Below are positions 26,391 through 34,245 of a stretch of 36,862 nt of DNA, one piece after another. This DNA comes from Candidatus Micrarchaeota archaeon. GTDB lineage: Archaea; Micrarchaeota; Micrarchaeia; Anstonellales; Anstonellaceae. The notes beneath the pieces are model-generated. The model saw only the letters and a list, made by a program, of their open reading frames with translations. It made no database searches and was not told the origin of the DNA. The stretch covers positions 1 through 36,862 of the forward strand of contig JAOAKE010000004.1 in assembly GCA_026413805.1 (NCBI GenBank). Reading direction: 5' to 3'. Positions within the stretch are counted from its first letter, which is position 1. Each line of letters starts with the position of its first letter. The position numbers and the translations under genes are program-made.

Positions 26391-27587
26391 ATGAAGTCGC
26401 AGATACGAAGAGAAATGATGCAGAAGCGCGATGCCCACCATTCCTCAGGCGGGCACATTCACTGCCTCAATATAATGGAGCGCTTTGTCCAGCTGCCAGA
26501 ATTTGAAAAGGCAAGCTGCATGCTGCTTTATGCCTCAAAGGGAAGCGAAGTGCACAGCGATTTTATAATCCGCTCCGCCCTTTCTCTTGGAAAATGCGTT
26601 GTCTTGCCCCGCACCATAAAGGAGGAAAAAAGGCTGGAGCTCTACCGCATAGAATCCATAGAAGAGCTTTCGCCAGGGGCATTCGGGATATTGGAGCCGC
26701 CCCCCCTGCCTGAAAGAAAGGTAAGCCCTGACGAGGTGGACTTGGCAGTAGTCCCCGGCGTGTGCTTTGACAGGAGAGGCCATAGGCTCGGCTACGGAAT
26801 GGGGTATTACGACTCCCTTCTTGGGAAGCTACGCTGCAAAAAAATAGGGCTTGCCTATGACATGCAGCTTGTGGAAAAAATACCTGAAGAGCCTCACGAC
26901 ATTGCAGTAGACATGATTGTTACAGAGAGGGAAGTTATCCACTGCTCCAGCACAGCAGGAGGCAAAAGGAAATTTCGCATAGTGGTCCTTGCCTCTGGGC
27001 GCGGAAGCGATTTCCAGTCAATAATAGATGCCAACAAAAGGGGGGAAATAGACGTGGAGATCGCAGGCTTGATTACTGACAACCCCCAGGCAAAGGCAAT
27101 TGAGCGGGCAAAGGAAAACAACATTCCTGCCTTTGCAATTGAATGGGCGACCCGCGAAGAGCTGGACAGGAAGATAAAGGAAAAACTTGACGAGCTTTCG
27201 CCTGATTTGGTGGTGCTTGCAGGCTACATGAAAATAATCAAAAGCAAGGAGCTGCTTTCTGCTTACCAAGGCAAAATAATCAACATACATCCCTCCCTTC
27301 TTCCAAAATACCCAGGCGCACATGCGCAAAGGGATGCATTTGAGGCAGGCGAGAAGGTTTCAGGCTATACCATTCACTTTGTAGATGAGTCCCTTGATGG
27401 CGGCCCGATAATCTACCAAGAGGAAGTGGACATATCTGATTGCAAGACATGGGAGGAGGCAGCAGCCAAAATACTTTCGCGCGAGCATGTCGGGTTGCCA
27501 AAGGTAGTCGGGATGGCTTCGCGAGGCGAATTCTGGCTGGAAGGAAAAAAAGTGGTCTTTAAGCCTAACAAGGCATCTTCTTTATAA
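26391..27587 (+). CDS. purN: Fusion of 5-formyltetrahydrofolate cyclo-ligase (N-terminal) and phosphoribosylglycinamide formyltransferase PurN (C-terminal)
   Basis: N-terminal half: GILEP, VPGVCFDRRGHRLGYGMGYYD, EPHD. C-terminal half: IVVLASGRGS, LAGYMKI, INIHPSLLP, LDGGPII, EH. Confidence 0.93.
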   Translation: MKSQIRREMMQKRDAHHSSGGHIHCLNIMERFVQLPEFEKASCMLLYASKGSEVHSDFIIRSALSLGKCVVLPRTIKEEKRLELYRIESIEELSPGAFGILEPPPLPERKVSPDEVDLAVVPGVCFDRRGHRLGYGMGYYDSLLGKLRCKKIGLAYDMQLVEKIPEEPHDIAVDMIVTEREVIHCSSTAGGKRKFRIVVLASGRGSDFQSIIDANKRGEIDVEIAGLITDNPQAKAIERAKENNIPAFAIEWATREELDRKIKEKLDELSPDLVVLAGYMKIIKSKELLSAYQGKIINIHPSLLPKYPGAHAQRDAFEAGEKVSGYTIHFVDESLDGGPIIYQEEVDISDCKTWEEAAAKILSREHVGLPKVVGMASRGEFWLEGKKVVFKPNKASSL

Positions 27588-27627
27588 TTTTTTATCAGCT
27601 AAACGCCTCTGATACGCAAGTGGTAAT

Positions 27628-28248
27628 ATGCTGGATAAAATAGTAGGTTGGCTAAAAAGGCTTTTTATGAGGAAAAAGAGTGTTTCCCTCGGGATATACG
27701 GCTCGCCCAATGTCGGAAAGACCACCCTTGCAAACAGGATATGCGTGGATTTAGTCGGGGAGCCAATGGGCGCCATAAGCCCAATCCCCCATGAGACAAG
27801 GGTGGTGCAAAAAAAGGACAAGGTTTCACTAAAGCTGCACGGCTATACCCTCACCATGAGCCTCCTTGACATGCCAGGCATAGCTGTAAAGGTAGATTAC
27901 CGCGACTTTTTAGGCTATGGGCTTTCCAAGGAAGAGGCACAGAAGAGAGCGCGCGAGGCAACCCGCGGCGTTGTAGAGGCAGTCCGGCACATGGATAAGG
28001 TAGACGCCGCACTGTTCATAATAGATGCTACGCAGGACCCATACACCCAGGCAAACATAACCATTCTTGGAAACATGGAAGCGAGGGGCATTCCAGTGAT
28101 AATAGTCGCCAACAAAATAGACCTGCCTGAAGCAAATGTCTCGCGGGTAAAAGAGGCATTCCCTGGCTACAACTTTGTTGAAGTCTCTGCAATGACTGGC
28201 GAAAACATTGACAAGCTATACAGCGAAATCGTCCAAAAACTCACCTGA
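27628..28248 (+). CDS. oapA: Era-like archaeal GTPase OapA
   Basis: GIYGSPNVGKTTLANRI, IPHETR, DMPG, RAREATRGVVEA, DPYTQAN, NKID, SA motifs. Confidence 0.88.
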   Translation: MLDKIVGWLKRLFMRKKSVSLGIYGSPNVGKTTLANRICVDLVGEPMGAISPIPHETRVVQKKDKVSLKLHGYTLTMSLLDMPGIAVKVDYRDFLGYGLSKEEAQKRAREATRGVVEAVRHMDKVDAALFIIDATQDPYTQANITILGNMEARGIPVIIVANKIDLPEANVSRVKEAFPGYNFVEVSAMTGENIDKLYSEIVQKLT

Positions 28249-28264
28249 TTCTGCGGTGTTGGAA

Positions 28265-28741
28265 ATGCACAAGTGCGCAAGGTGTGGCAAAACCGTTAAC
28301 TCACTTGAAGAGGTAAGCAATGGCTGTTCTTGCGGCTCAAAAATATTTGTGTTTGACAAGGAGGCAATCAGCGCCCAAAAAGAGCTTGAATGGAGAGAGG
28401 TATCTCCTCCATGGGCGGGGCTTCCGCCAGAATATGCAAAAAATGAAGGCAGCAGCGGGAAAAGCCAGCAGGCTGAGGCCGACGTCTCAAAGGCAGAGGG
28501 CGACGGCCGGCCGCCCCCCTCCTACTTTGCGCGGGCAACCTTCACTTCCGAGGATGTTGAAAACATAAAAATACTTGGGGAGGGAGTTTTCCTGCTGGAC
28601 ATAAAGGCAATCTCAAACGAGCCGCTGGTAATAAAAGACGAGGAAGAAGTCTATTATATCCGCCTTCCTTTTGAAAACAATTTGAGGATAGTCAGCCCCC
28701 AATCAAAAGACGAGGGGCAAAAAGCAAAACCAGGCCAATAG
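28265..28741 (+). CDS. oapC: OapC-like Zn-ribbon protein (DUF2072)
   Basis: MHKCARCG...GCSCGSKIFVF and C-terminal ENIKILGEGVFLLDI...YYIRL. Directly follows oapA. Confidence 0.8.
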   Translation: MHKCARCGKTVNSLEEVSNGCSCGSKIFVFDKEAISAQKELEWREVSPPWAGLPPEYAKNEGSSGKSQQAEADVSKAEGDGRPPPSYFARATFTSEDVENIKILGEGVFLLDIKAISNEPLVIKDEEEVYYIRLPFENNLRIVSPQSKDEGQKAKPGQ

Positions 28742-29942
28742 CAATCAGTATCAATGCCCCAATGGCATGCCCCCATGAAGCTATCTTGTCCCCAAGCGCC
28801 CCGCCAGCTGCAAAGAAGGCAAGCAAGAATACTGCTATGTCGTCAATCATGTAAAGGAAGCAATAAACCAACACATAGCCATAGGTCTGCCACCATGGAA
28901 GGTTCTGCAAGGCAAGGACTTGGGTAAATACCACTGGAATCGCAGAAGAGCACACAAATTCTATTGAATTGACTGTGAATGCCAGAAGGACTATGCCTGC
29001 AAAGGTTGCCAAGGTAAGCGGCTGGTGCAGGATGCCTTTTGCTTCCTTCTTTATCTTTGACTTCTGGGCAATGTCACCAACTTGGCAGGCAATCTGCCCC
29101 CTGTTTTTTACAAACTCCCGCAGTGACAGCACACCCCACCATATTGCAATCGCGCCGACTATCACCATCACTATTCTTGCATATCCGACGAACATGAATG
29201 CATTTAGCCAAGCAGTCATAATCAGGAAATAAAGCGCGCCTTCTGCAAACAGGAAAGTCCCAACCACCAACAAAAAGCGCTTTCTATCGTGCAATGTCAG
29301 GGCTATTGATATCAAGTAAACAAGTATCCACATGGCGCATGGGTTGAAGCCGTCAATAAACCCAAGTATGATTGCAAGGGAAAGCAAAGAGTGCTGCCTT
29401 AAGTCAAACTCCCCGATAAATGGCAGGTTTATTACTCCCGTTCTCGGCTGCGCTGGTTTTCTTTCCCCGTCACTTTCTGTCCTGTTCCCTCCGAGCCCTT
29501 CCTCTATTGCCTTTCTTATCATTTCAGGGGTGGTCTTTGAGTCAAACCCAACAATTATTGTGTCGTTTATTATTGTGGTCGGAGTGCCTGTCGGCTTTGC
29601 GCCTCTCTCCTTTAGCATCTGTTCCATCAAGCGGGCTTCCTTTTCATGTGTAATGTCGTGGTAAACCCAGCGTGCCTTTGGGTATTCCTCTGCAATTTTT
29701 TGGTTGTAATCCACTTGCTCTTTGCAGTGCGGGCAGGCAGGGTGGTAAAAAAAATGGACCTCGATTGCCGCCTCGCCAGCACCAAATTGTTGCGGTGAAA
29801 TTGGGCCTGCCACAGGCCCAAAAACGAAAGAATAAAGCGCAAGAATGACAGCAAGCAGTGTTATGAACCTGTTGAACGGCTCTGCAAGGAATTCGCCTGC
29901 CTTTTTTGCCAATTCTGAAAAAACTCTGCTGCCAAAATTCAT
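28692..29942 (-). CDS. Glutaredoxin/thioredoxin domain fused to a CcdA/DsbD-like transmembrane domain
   Basis: FYHPACPHC, GTPT, DGFNPCAMW and EFVCSSAIP intramembrane Cys pair, about six TM helices. Confidence 0.85.
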   Translation of the reverse strand: MNFGSRVFSELAKKAGEFLAEPFNRFITLLAVILALYSFVFGPVAGPISPQQFGAGEAAIEVHFFYHPACPHCKEQVDYNQKIAEEYPKARWVYHDITHEKEARLMEQMLKERGAKPTGTPTTIINDTIIVGFDSKTTPEMIRKAIEEGLGGNRTESDGERKPAQPRTGVINLPFIGEFDLRQHSLLSLAIILGFIDGFNPCAMWILVYLISIALTLHDRKRFLLVVGTFLFAEGALYFLIMTAWLNAFMFVGYARIVMVIVGAIAIWWGVLSLREFVKNRGQIACQVGDIAQKSKIKKEAKGILHQPLTLATFAGIVLLAFTVNSIEFVCSSAIPVVFTQVLALQNLPWWQTYGYVLVYCFLYMIDDIAVFLLAFFAAGGALGDKIASWGHAIGALILIAIGLVLLFAPRLLIGG

Positions 29943-29952
29943 CTAAAGCGCC

Positions 29953-30348
29953 TTAAACATCCAATATAATCCTTATTGTCCAGCCATCCTTGTCTTCCTT
30001 TACCATCAACTCATGGTAAGTCACTGCCTTGACAGAGTCCCGAGGCCTTTTCTTCTCCCCCCAAGCCTCAAGCTCAACTGAGCATTTTTCCCCGTCAAAC
30101 TTTCTTACCTTCATTCGTGAGAAGACAACCTCATGCGTGTCAGCATAAGCCAAAAGGTCAGCAAGTGCCTGCACTGTCAGCTCTTCAAGGCTGTGCGCAG
30201 AGACAGACAAAACAACGCGCTCCTTTTCTTTTGCGCTTCCAATAACGCTGAACATCGCCTTCGCAGCATTTTCGAGCGCCTCAGGGTAGCTTTTGCCATA
30301 AGCCTCAAACATTATGTCTGCCGTGTGTTCCAAGAAGCGATACTCCAT
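29953..30348 (-). CDS. Archease (RtcB RNA ligase cofactor)
   Basis: YRFLEHTAD, VKAVTYH, ILDV. Confidence 0.95.
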   Translation of the reverse strand: MEYRFLEHTADIMFEAYGKSYPEALENAAKAMFSVIGSAKEKERVVLSVSAHSLEELTVQALADLLAYADTHEVVFSRMKVRKFDGEKCSVELEAWGEKKRPRDSVKAVTYHELMVKEDKDGWTIRIILDV

Positions 30349-30354
30349 CAAAGC

Positions 30355-30618
30355 TCACTTCTCCTGTATCTCGATCTCTGTCCCGAGCGCCTGCCCTGGC
30401 AGCCCCTTGTCAAACTTTACCAAAACCGCCCCAGAGTTGCCATGTGCCTTGCTAACCTTCCCAACAATTTCCTTTCCAGTTGCAGTTTTCCAAACCACCC
30501 TGCTCCCTACGATGCCGCTTGCAGCGCTTCTGTCCTTTACCCCTTCCACCTGCACCACATATTGGTTGGTGTATTCAGTGTGCACTCCGCGGCGATAGCT
30601 AACCAGCCTTCCTTTCAT
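30355..30618 (-). CDS. rpl35ae: 50S ribosomal protein L35Ae
   Basis: MKGRLVSYRRG, GKVSKAHGNSGAVLVKF, LPGQALG. Confidence 0.95.
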   Translation of the reverse strand: MKGRLVSYRRGVHTEYTNQYVVQVEGVKDRSAASGIVGSRVVWKTATGKEIVGKVSKAHGNSGAVLVKFDKGLPGQALGTEIEIQEK

Positions 30619-30693
30619 CAGAACGACCTCCGCTTTCTTCTGGCAGAGGTTTGTTAAGTGAAACTTATTTATATGTATTCTCAAAGTTGGAGC

Positions 30694-31500
30694 ATGGCGC
30701 GCATTCGCGAAAAGGTTCGGCTATTTTACGAGAGGCATCCCTACCCTTCCCAAAAAGTAAATTCAAGAGAAGACCTGTTGCATTCGCTTCACTCAAAGGT
30801 GATGGAAAAAATTCTTGCAGCCGCAGGCCTTTCTCTAAAATCGCTGGAAGGCATGCGTGTGCTTGATGCAGGCTGCGGGACAGGGGAAAAGGCAGTCTTT
30901 TGCTCTTTGCTTGGCGCCAAGGCAGATGCCTTTGACATCTCTTGCACTTCAATAAGCGAGGCAAGGAAGCTTGCCGCCAAGCTCTCTGCACCCGTGCATT
31001 TCCAGGTAGCTTCATTTGAGGGAGTGCGCCTGAAGCAAGAATATGACCTTATCTTGTGCATAGGCTCGCTCCATCACACTGAAAACCCAAAAAAGAACTT
31101 CATGAAGGTTGCGGGTTTTCTCAAGCCAGGAGGCTTCATAGTATTGGGGCTTTACAACTTATACGGCAGGCTTGCCTTCAGGCTTTACCGCAGCCTCTTG
31201 TGGCTCGGGGAAAAAGACCCAGAGAGCATAATCAAAAAAACAGGCATCTTCAAAGAAAAAGACAGGCACAGGTACAGCATTCTTGCTGACCGCCTTGCTT
31301 CCCCACATGAGACCTACCACTCGGTAGAAGAGGTTCTTGGCTGGTTTTCAGAGGCAGGCATTTTGCCAATTGCATCTGAGCCGCCAGTCAGGCTCACTTC
31401 CAAGCCTCACATCCTATTTTCTCAGCTTTGCTGGCTTGCAAAAAGGAGGGGATTCTTTTTTATCGGCGGCAGAAAGCAGCTGCCAAACCCGCCAAAATAA
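30694..31500 (+). CDS. Class I SAM-dependent methyltransferase
   Basis: FYERHPYP, VLDAGCGTGE, DLILCIGSLHHT, LKPGG, PHET. Confidence 0.88.
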   Translation: MARIREKVRLFYERHPYPSQKVNSREDLLHSLHSKVMEKILAAAGLSLKSLEGMRVLDAGCGTGEKAVFCSLLGAKADAFDISCTSISEARKLAAKLSAPVHFQVASFEGVRLKQEYDLILCIGSLHHTENPKKNFMKVAGFLKPGGFIVLGLYNLYGRLAFRLYRSLLWLGEKDPESIIKKTGIFKEKDRHRYSILADRLASPHETYHSVEEVLGWFSEAGILPIASEPPVRLTSKPHILFSQLCWLAKRRGFFFIGGRKQLPNPPK

Positions 31501-32905
31501 GCATTGCAGAGGCGCAAGCAGGCGGTATCCAGTCCTCTCTTCGCACTGGTTGTGCCGTGTTGCCAGCCTCCCTGCTTTCGTTTTGCCCCCTTTCCTCCAG
31601 CTTAAGGCTTATCTCTTCGTTTAGCTTGCTCCTTATCTTGACAGCTTCATTCTCCATCTCAGAAATCTCTTCAAGGGAGGGCACAGCTGCTGCACCTGCC
31701 TCTAAAAGGGCAATTTCTTGCCTGTAGGCTTCTGCACTCTCATTTCCAATTAGCCATTCTGCGCCATCCACCTTTCTTTTGAGGGCGCCTATGCTCTTGT
31801 TCAGGCCAATTAGCCTATCTTTGCCAGAAGTCATCCTCGCCGATAGCCTGTCCCTGAGCGCCTCAAACTCCTTTCCTGCTGCAAGCGCCTTGCGGTATTC
31901 CCCTGCATCCGCATGCCGCTCTATTTTGGAGGACAGGTTGGAAAGGTTGGCCAGCTCCTCTTCTGCAATAGGGTCTTCCACAAGCAAAGAGAATGCCCCG
32001 AAGCTTCGGTTAAGGCTTCGCAAGTCAGACCACATCCTCATCTTTAATTCAGCGTATTCCCTCCCCCGCCTTGACAGGTAATCCTCATTTTCCAAGGTGT
32101 TTTTTACAATCGCCTGCGCGCGCGCAGCCTGTTTTGCTATCTCTTCGTTTGCCACGCGCAGCGCTTGCATTTCTTCAATTGCCCTTTCAATCCTCTTTGT
32201 GGAATAGTCTATTTTTGGGCAGTATTCATAGCACTTTTTTGCATCCTTTCCGCTGCACCCCTCATCAGTCCTGTTAAGAAAAAGTTGGTTCTTGCTCATA
32301 TTTATTGAGAGCTCGTGCAGCTCCTCAAGCAATTGCAGCTTGGATGAGGCTGCCTCATTGCTTTCAGCTATGCTATCAATATTTTCTGAATACTGCGACA
32401 CAAGAGAGCCAAACTTCTGCCTGTTTTCATTCCATTCCATAAACGCCTCTAAAAAGCCATCAGCATAAATTACGCCGCTGCACAGTGGCACAGAGAAGCA
32501 GCTTAATATGCAGCTTTCCTTGTCGCTGCAGGGCATCCTGTCTAGCCCAAGGAAAAGCATGCATTTTTTTTCATTCTCTTCTTTCGCTTTCAGGATTTCG
32601 CTGCCCAGCCCTGCAAGGGAGGAGGCCAGCTTCTCAAAGCCCTTCCTGTTTTTGGCATCTTCTTGCAGTATTTCTGTTGCAAGGGAAGTATTGTTAATGG
32701 CAGGCCCTCCGCTTCCACTTACGATATATGTCTCCACAGAGTCGGCAATTACAAGGTAGTAGTCCCCTTTGGAAAGCAGCTTCTGGTAGGAAACATTCTG
32801 GTCCGGCTCAAACGAATAATCAACAAATTTTTCAAGCGGGGTTTTTGCTGCCCATGCTAAGGAAAGCATGGCGAAGAAGCAGAAAAGCAAGAGTTTTCTT
32901 AGCAT
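31460..32905 (-). CDS. Secreted Cys-rich helical hypothetical protein with Cys-TM-RR C-terminal tail
   Basis: Signal peptide, Cys clusters (C..PC...CILSC..PLC; CYEYCP), coiled coil, tail PPACASAMLILAGLAAAFCRR. Confidence 0.75.
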   Translation of the reverse strand: MLRKLLLFCFFAMLSLAWAAKTPLEKFVDYSFEPDQNVSYQKLLSKGDYYLVIADSVETYIVSGSGGPAINNTSLATEILQEDAKNRKGFEKLASSLAGLGSEILKAKEENEKKCMLFLGLDRMPCSDKESCILSCFSVPLCSGVIYADGFLEAFMEWNENRQKFGSLVSQYSENIDSIAESNEAASSKLQLLEELHELSINMSKNQLFLNRTDEGCSGKDAKKCYEYCPKIDYSTKRIERAIEEMQALRVANEEIAKQAARAQAIVKNTLENEDYLSRRGREYAELKMRMWSDLRSLNRSFGAFSLLVEDPIAEEELANLSNLSSKIERHADAGEYRKALAAGKEFEALRDRLSARMTSGKDRLIGLNKSIGALKRKVDGAEWLIGNESAEAYRQEIALLEAGAAAVPSLEEISEMENEAVKIRSKLNEEISLKLEERGQNESREAGNTAQPVRREDWIPPACASAMLILAGLAAAFCRR

Positions 32906-32990
32906 TTTGCATCTCCTACCGCCCTATTGGATTGGTTAATCTTTTAATTAGTGGCAGTCAAATCCCCATAAAGGCGCCAGAGGCTCTTGC

Positions 32991-33521
32991 ATGCTGTTCT
33001 CAAAAAAATACACCATTGAGCGAAGGCTGCAGATAGCAATCGCATTCATACTGCTGAGCTTTCTTTTGGTCTTCGCAGGCGCGGACAGGATAGTTTCGCT
33101 GCACTTGGTGAATTTGGGCGTATTTGGCGCTATCATAGCAGGCGCTTTCTACACATTTGGGATAACCACGCCATTTTCAATGGTAGTCATACTTGAGCTT
33201 ATGAAGCTTGAAGGCTCTTACATCTTGGCCATTCCCGCCTGCCTTTCAGCCACCGCAGTGGATTGCTACTTTTTTTACCTTGTTCGCCAAAGCCTTGAGG
33301 CAAATTCCAAAAAGCTTGTCCACTACCTTCGCTCAAAATTCAGCAGGTTTTCCCCCCTTTTTCCTTTTGCAGGCTTTTTTGTATTCGGGCTGCCCCTGCC
33401 AGACGAGCTTGGGCTTGCCCTCATGGAGATGACGGACATCAAGCTTTCCAAGCTGGCGGCTGTGATATTCCTGGCAAAGCTCCTTACCCTCCTTATTTTC
33501 TGGCAAGCGCTTGGCGTGTAA
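32991..33521 (+). CDS. Hypothetical multi-pass membrane protein
   Basis: Four to five hydrophobic helices; GAFYTFGITTP and PLPDELG motifs. Confidence 0.75.
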   Translation: MLFSKKYTIERRLQIAIAFILLSFLLVFAGADRIVSLHLVNLGVFGAIIAGAFYTFGITTPFSMVVILELMKLEGSYILAIPACLSATAVDCYFFYLVRQSLEANSKKLVHYLRSKFSRFSPLFPFAGFFVFGLPLPDELGLALMEMTDIKLSKLAAVIFLAKLLTLLIFWQALGV

Positions 33522-33575
33522 GAGCGTCGCATGCCTTTAATTTGTTTGCACACCCAATCAAATAGCAGCCGATTA

Positions 33576-33684
33576 GGGGTCGTGGCGTAACCTGGTAGCG
33601 CGGCAGGCTCCAGATCACGCTTGTGCCCGCTGCACAAGCACCAGAATACACCTGCATGTTAGGGTTCAAATCCCTACGATCCCA
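33576..33684 (+). tRNA. tRNA-Trp(CCA) with a 36-nt anticodon-loop intron (about 33614-33649)
   Basis: Acceptor GGGGTCG/CGATCCC, D-arm GCGT/GCGC, anticodon stem GCAGG/CCTGC with CT-CCA-G^A, T-arm TAGGG-TTCAAAT-CCCTA. Confidence 0.88.
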
Positions 33685-34183
33685 ATTTTCGCGCCAGTGC
33701 AAAGGCAGGGGGAAAAAGAAGCACAATAATTGCAAATGGGCAGATGTTAAGCCCGCCTCCGGGCAAAAGCTCATACATCACCCTCTGCCCTATTTTTACA
33801 AGCTCTTCTTCGCTTGCCCCGTCCTTCCTTACGCTTATCTGGTAATAGCTTCCGTCAGCATACGTTTCAAAGCCACACACAGAGTTAGCTTCCCAAAAGA
33901 CGCAGTAGTAGTAAAACTCAAGCCCCTTGCCGGTTATCCCTTTCCCATCCACTTTTTCATGCTCAGCGGCAATGTCCTTCCAATCTTCGCTGCTTATCGG
34001 CTCTGCCTGGATGGACACCTCAGTCATGTTGTCGCTGCTTAAATAAACAGCACTGCCATTTCCAAGAACTCCTTCCACGCTTTCATTTGCAAGATAAAGC
34101 CCAGCCCTTTCGAGCTTTTCAGGGAAAGGAGCTGCTGAAAAAGAAAGGCCAAGCAAGACAAGGAAAAATGCCGCTTCTCTCAT
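33674..34183 (-). CDS. Secreted hypothetical protein with Cys-TM-basic C-terminal tail
   Basis: Signal peptide MREAAFFLVLLGLSFSA; tail GGGLNICPFAIIVLLFPPAFALARK. Confidence 0.7.
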   Translation of the reverse strand: MREAAFFLVLLGLSFSAAPFPEKLERAGLYLANESVEGVLGNGSAVYLSSDNMTEVSIQAEPISSEDWKDIAAEHEKVDGKGITGKGLEFYYYCVFWEANSVCGFETYADGSYYQISVRKDGASEEELVKIGQRVMYELLPGGGLNICPFAIIVLLFPPAFALARKLGS

Positions 34184-34245
34184 GCAGTCCTTTTTCATCG
34201 GCAATTTAAAACTTTTTCGCAAAAGCTTTGCTTGGAGTTTTTTGC

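Noticed and set aside
33608-33650. Alternative splicing of tRNA-Trp to give a CTA (amber suppressor) anticodon
   Set aside because: It would need a 34/35 junction with no supporting BHB and would leave C at position 37. Trp CCA with G37 is far more parsimonious.
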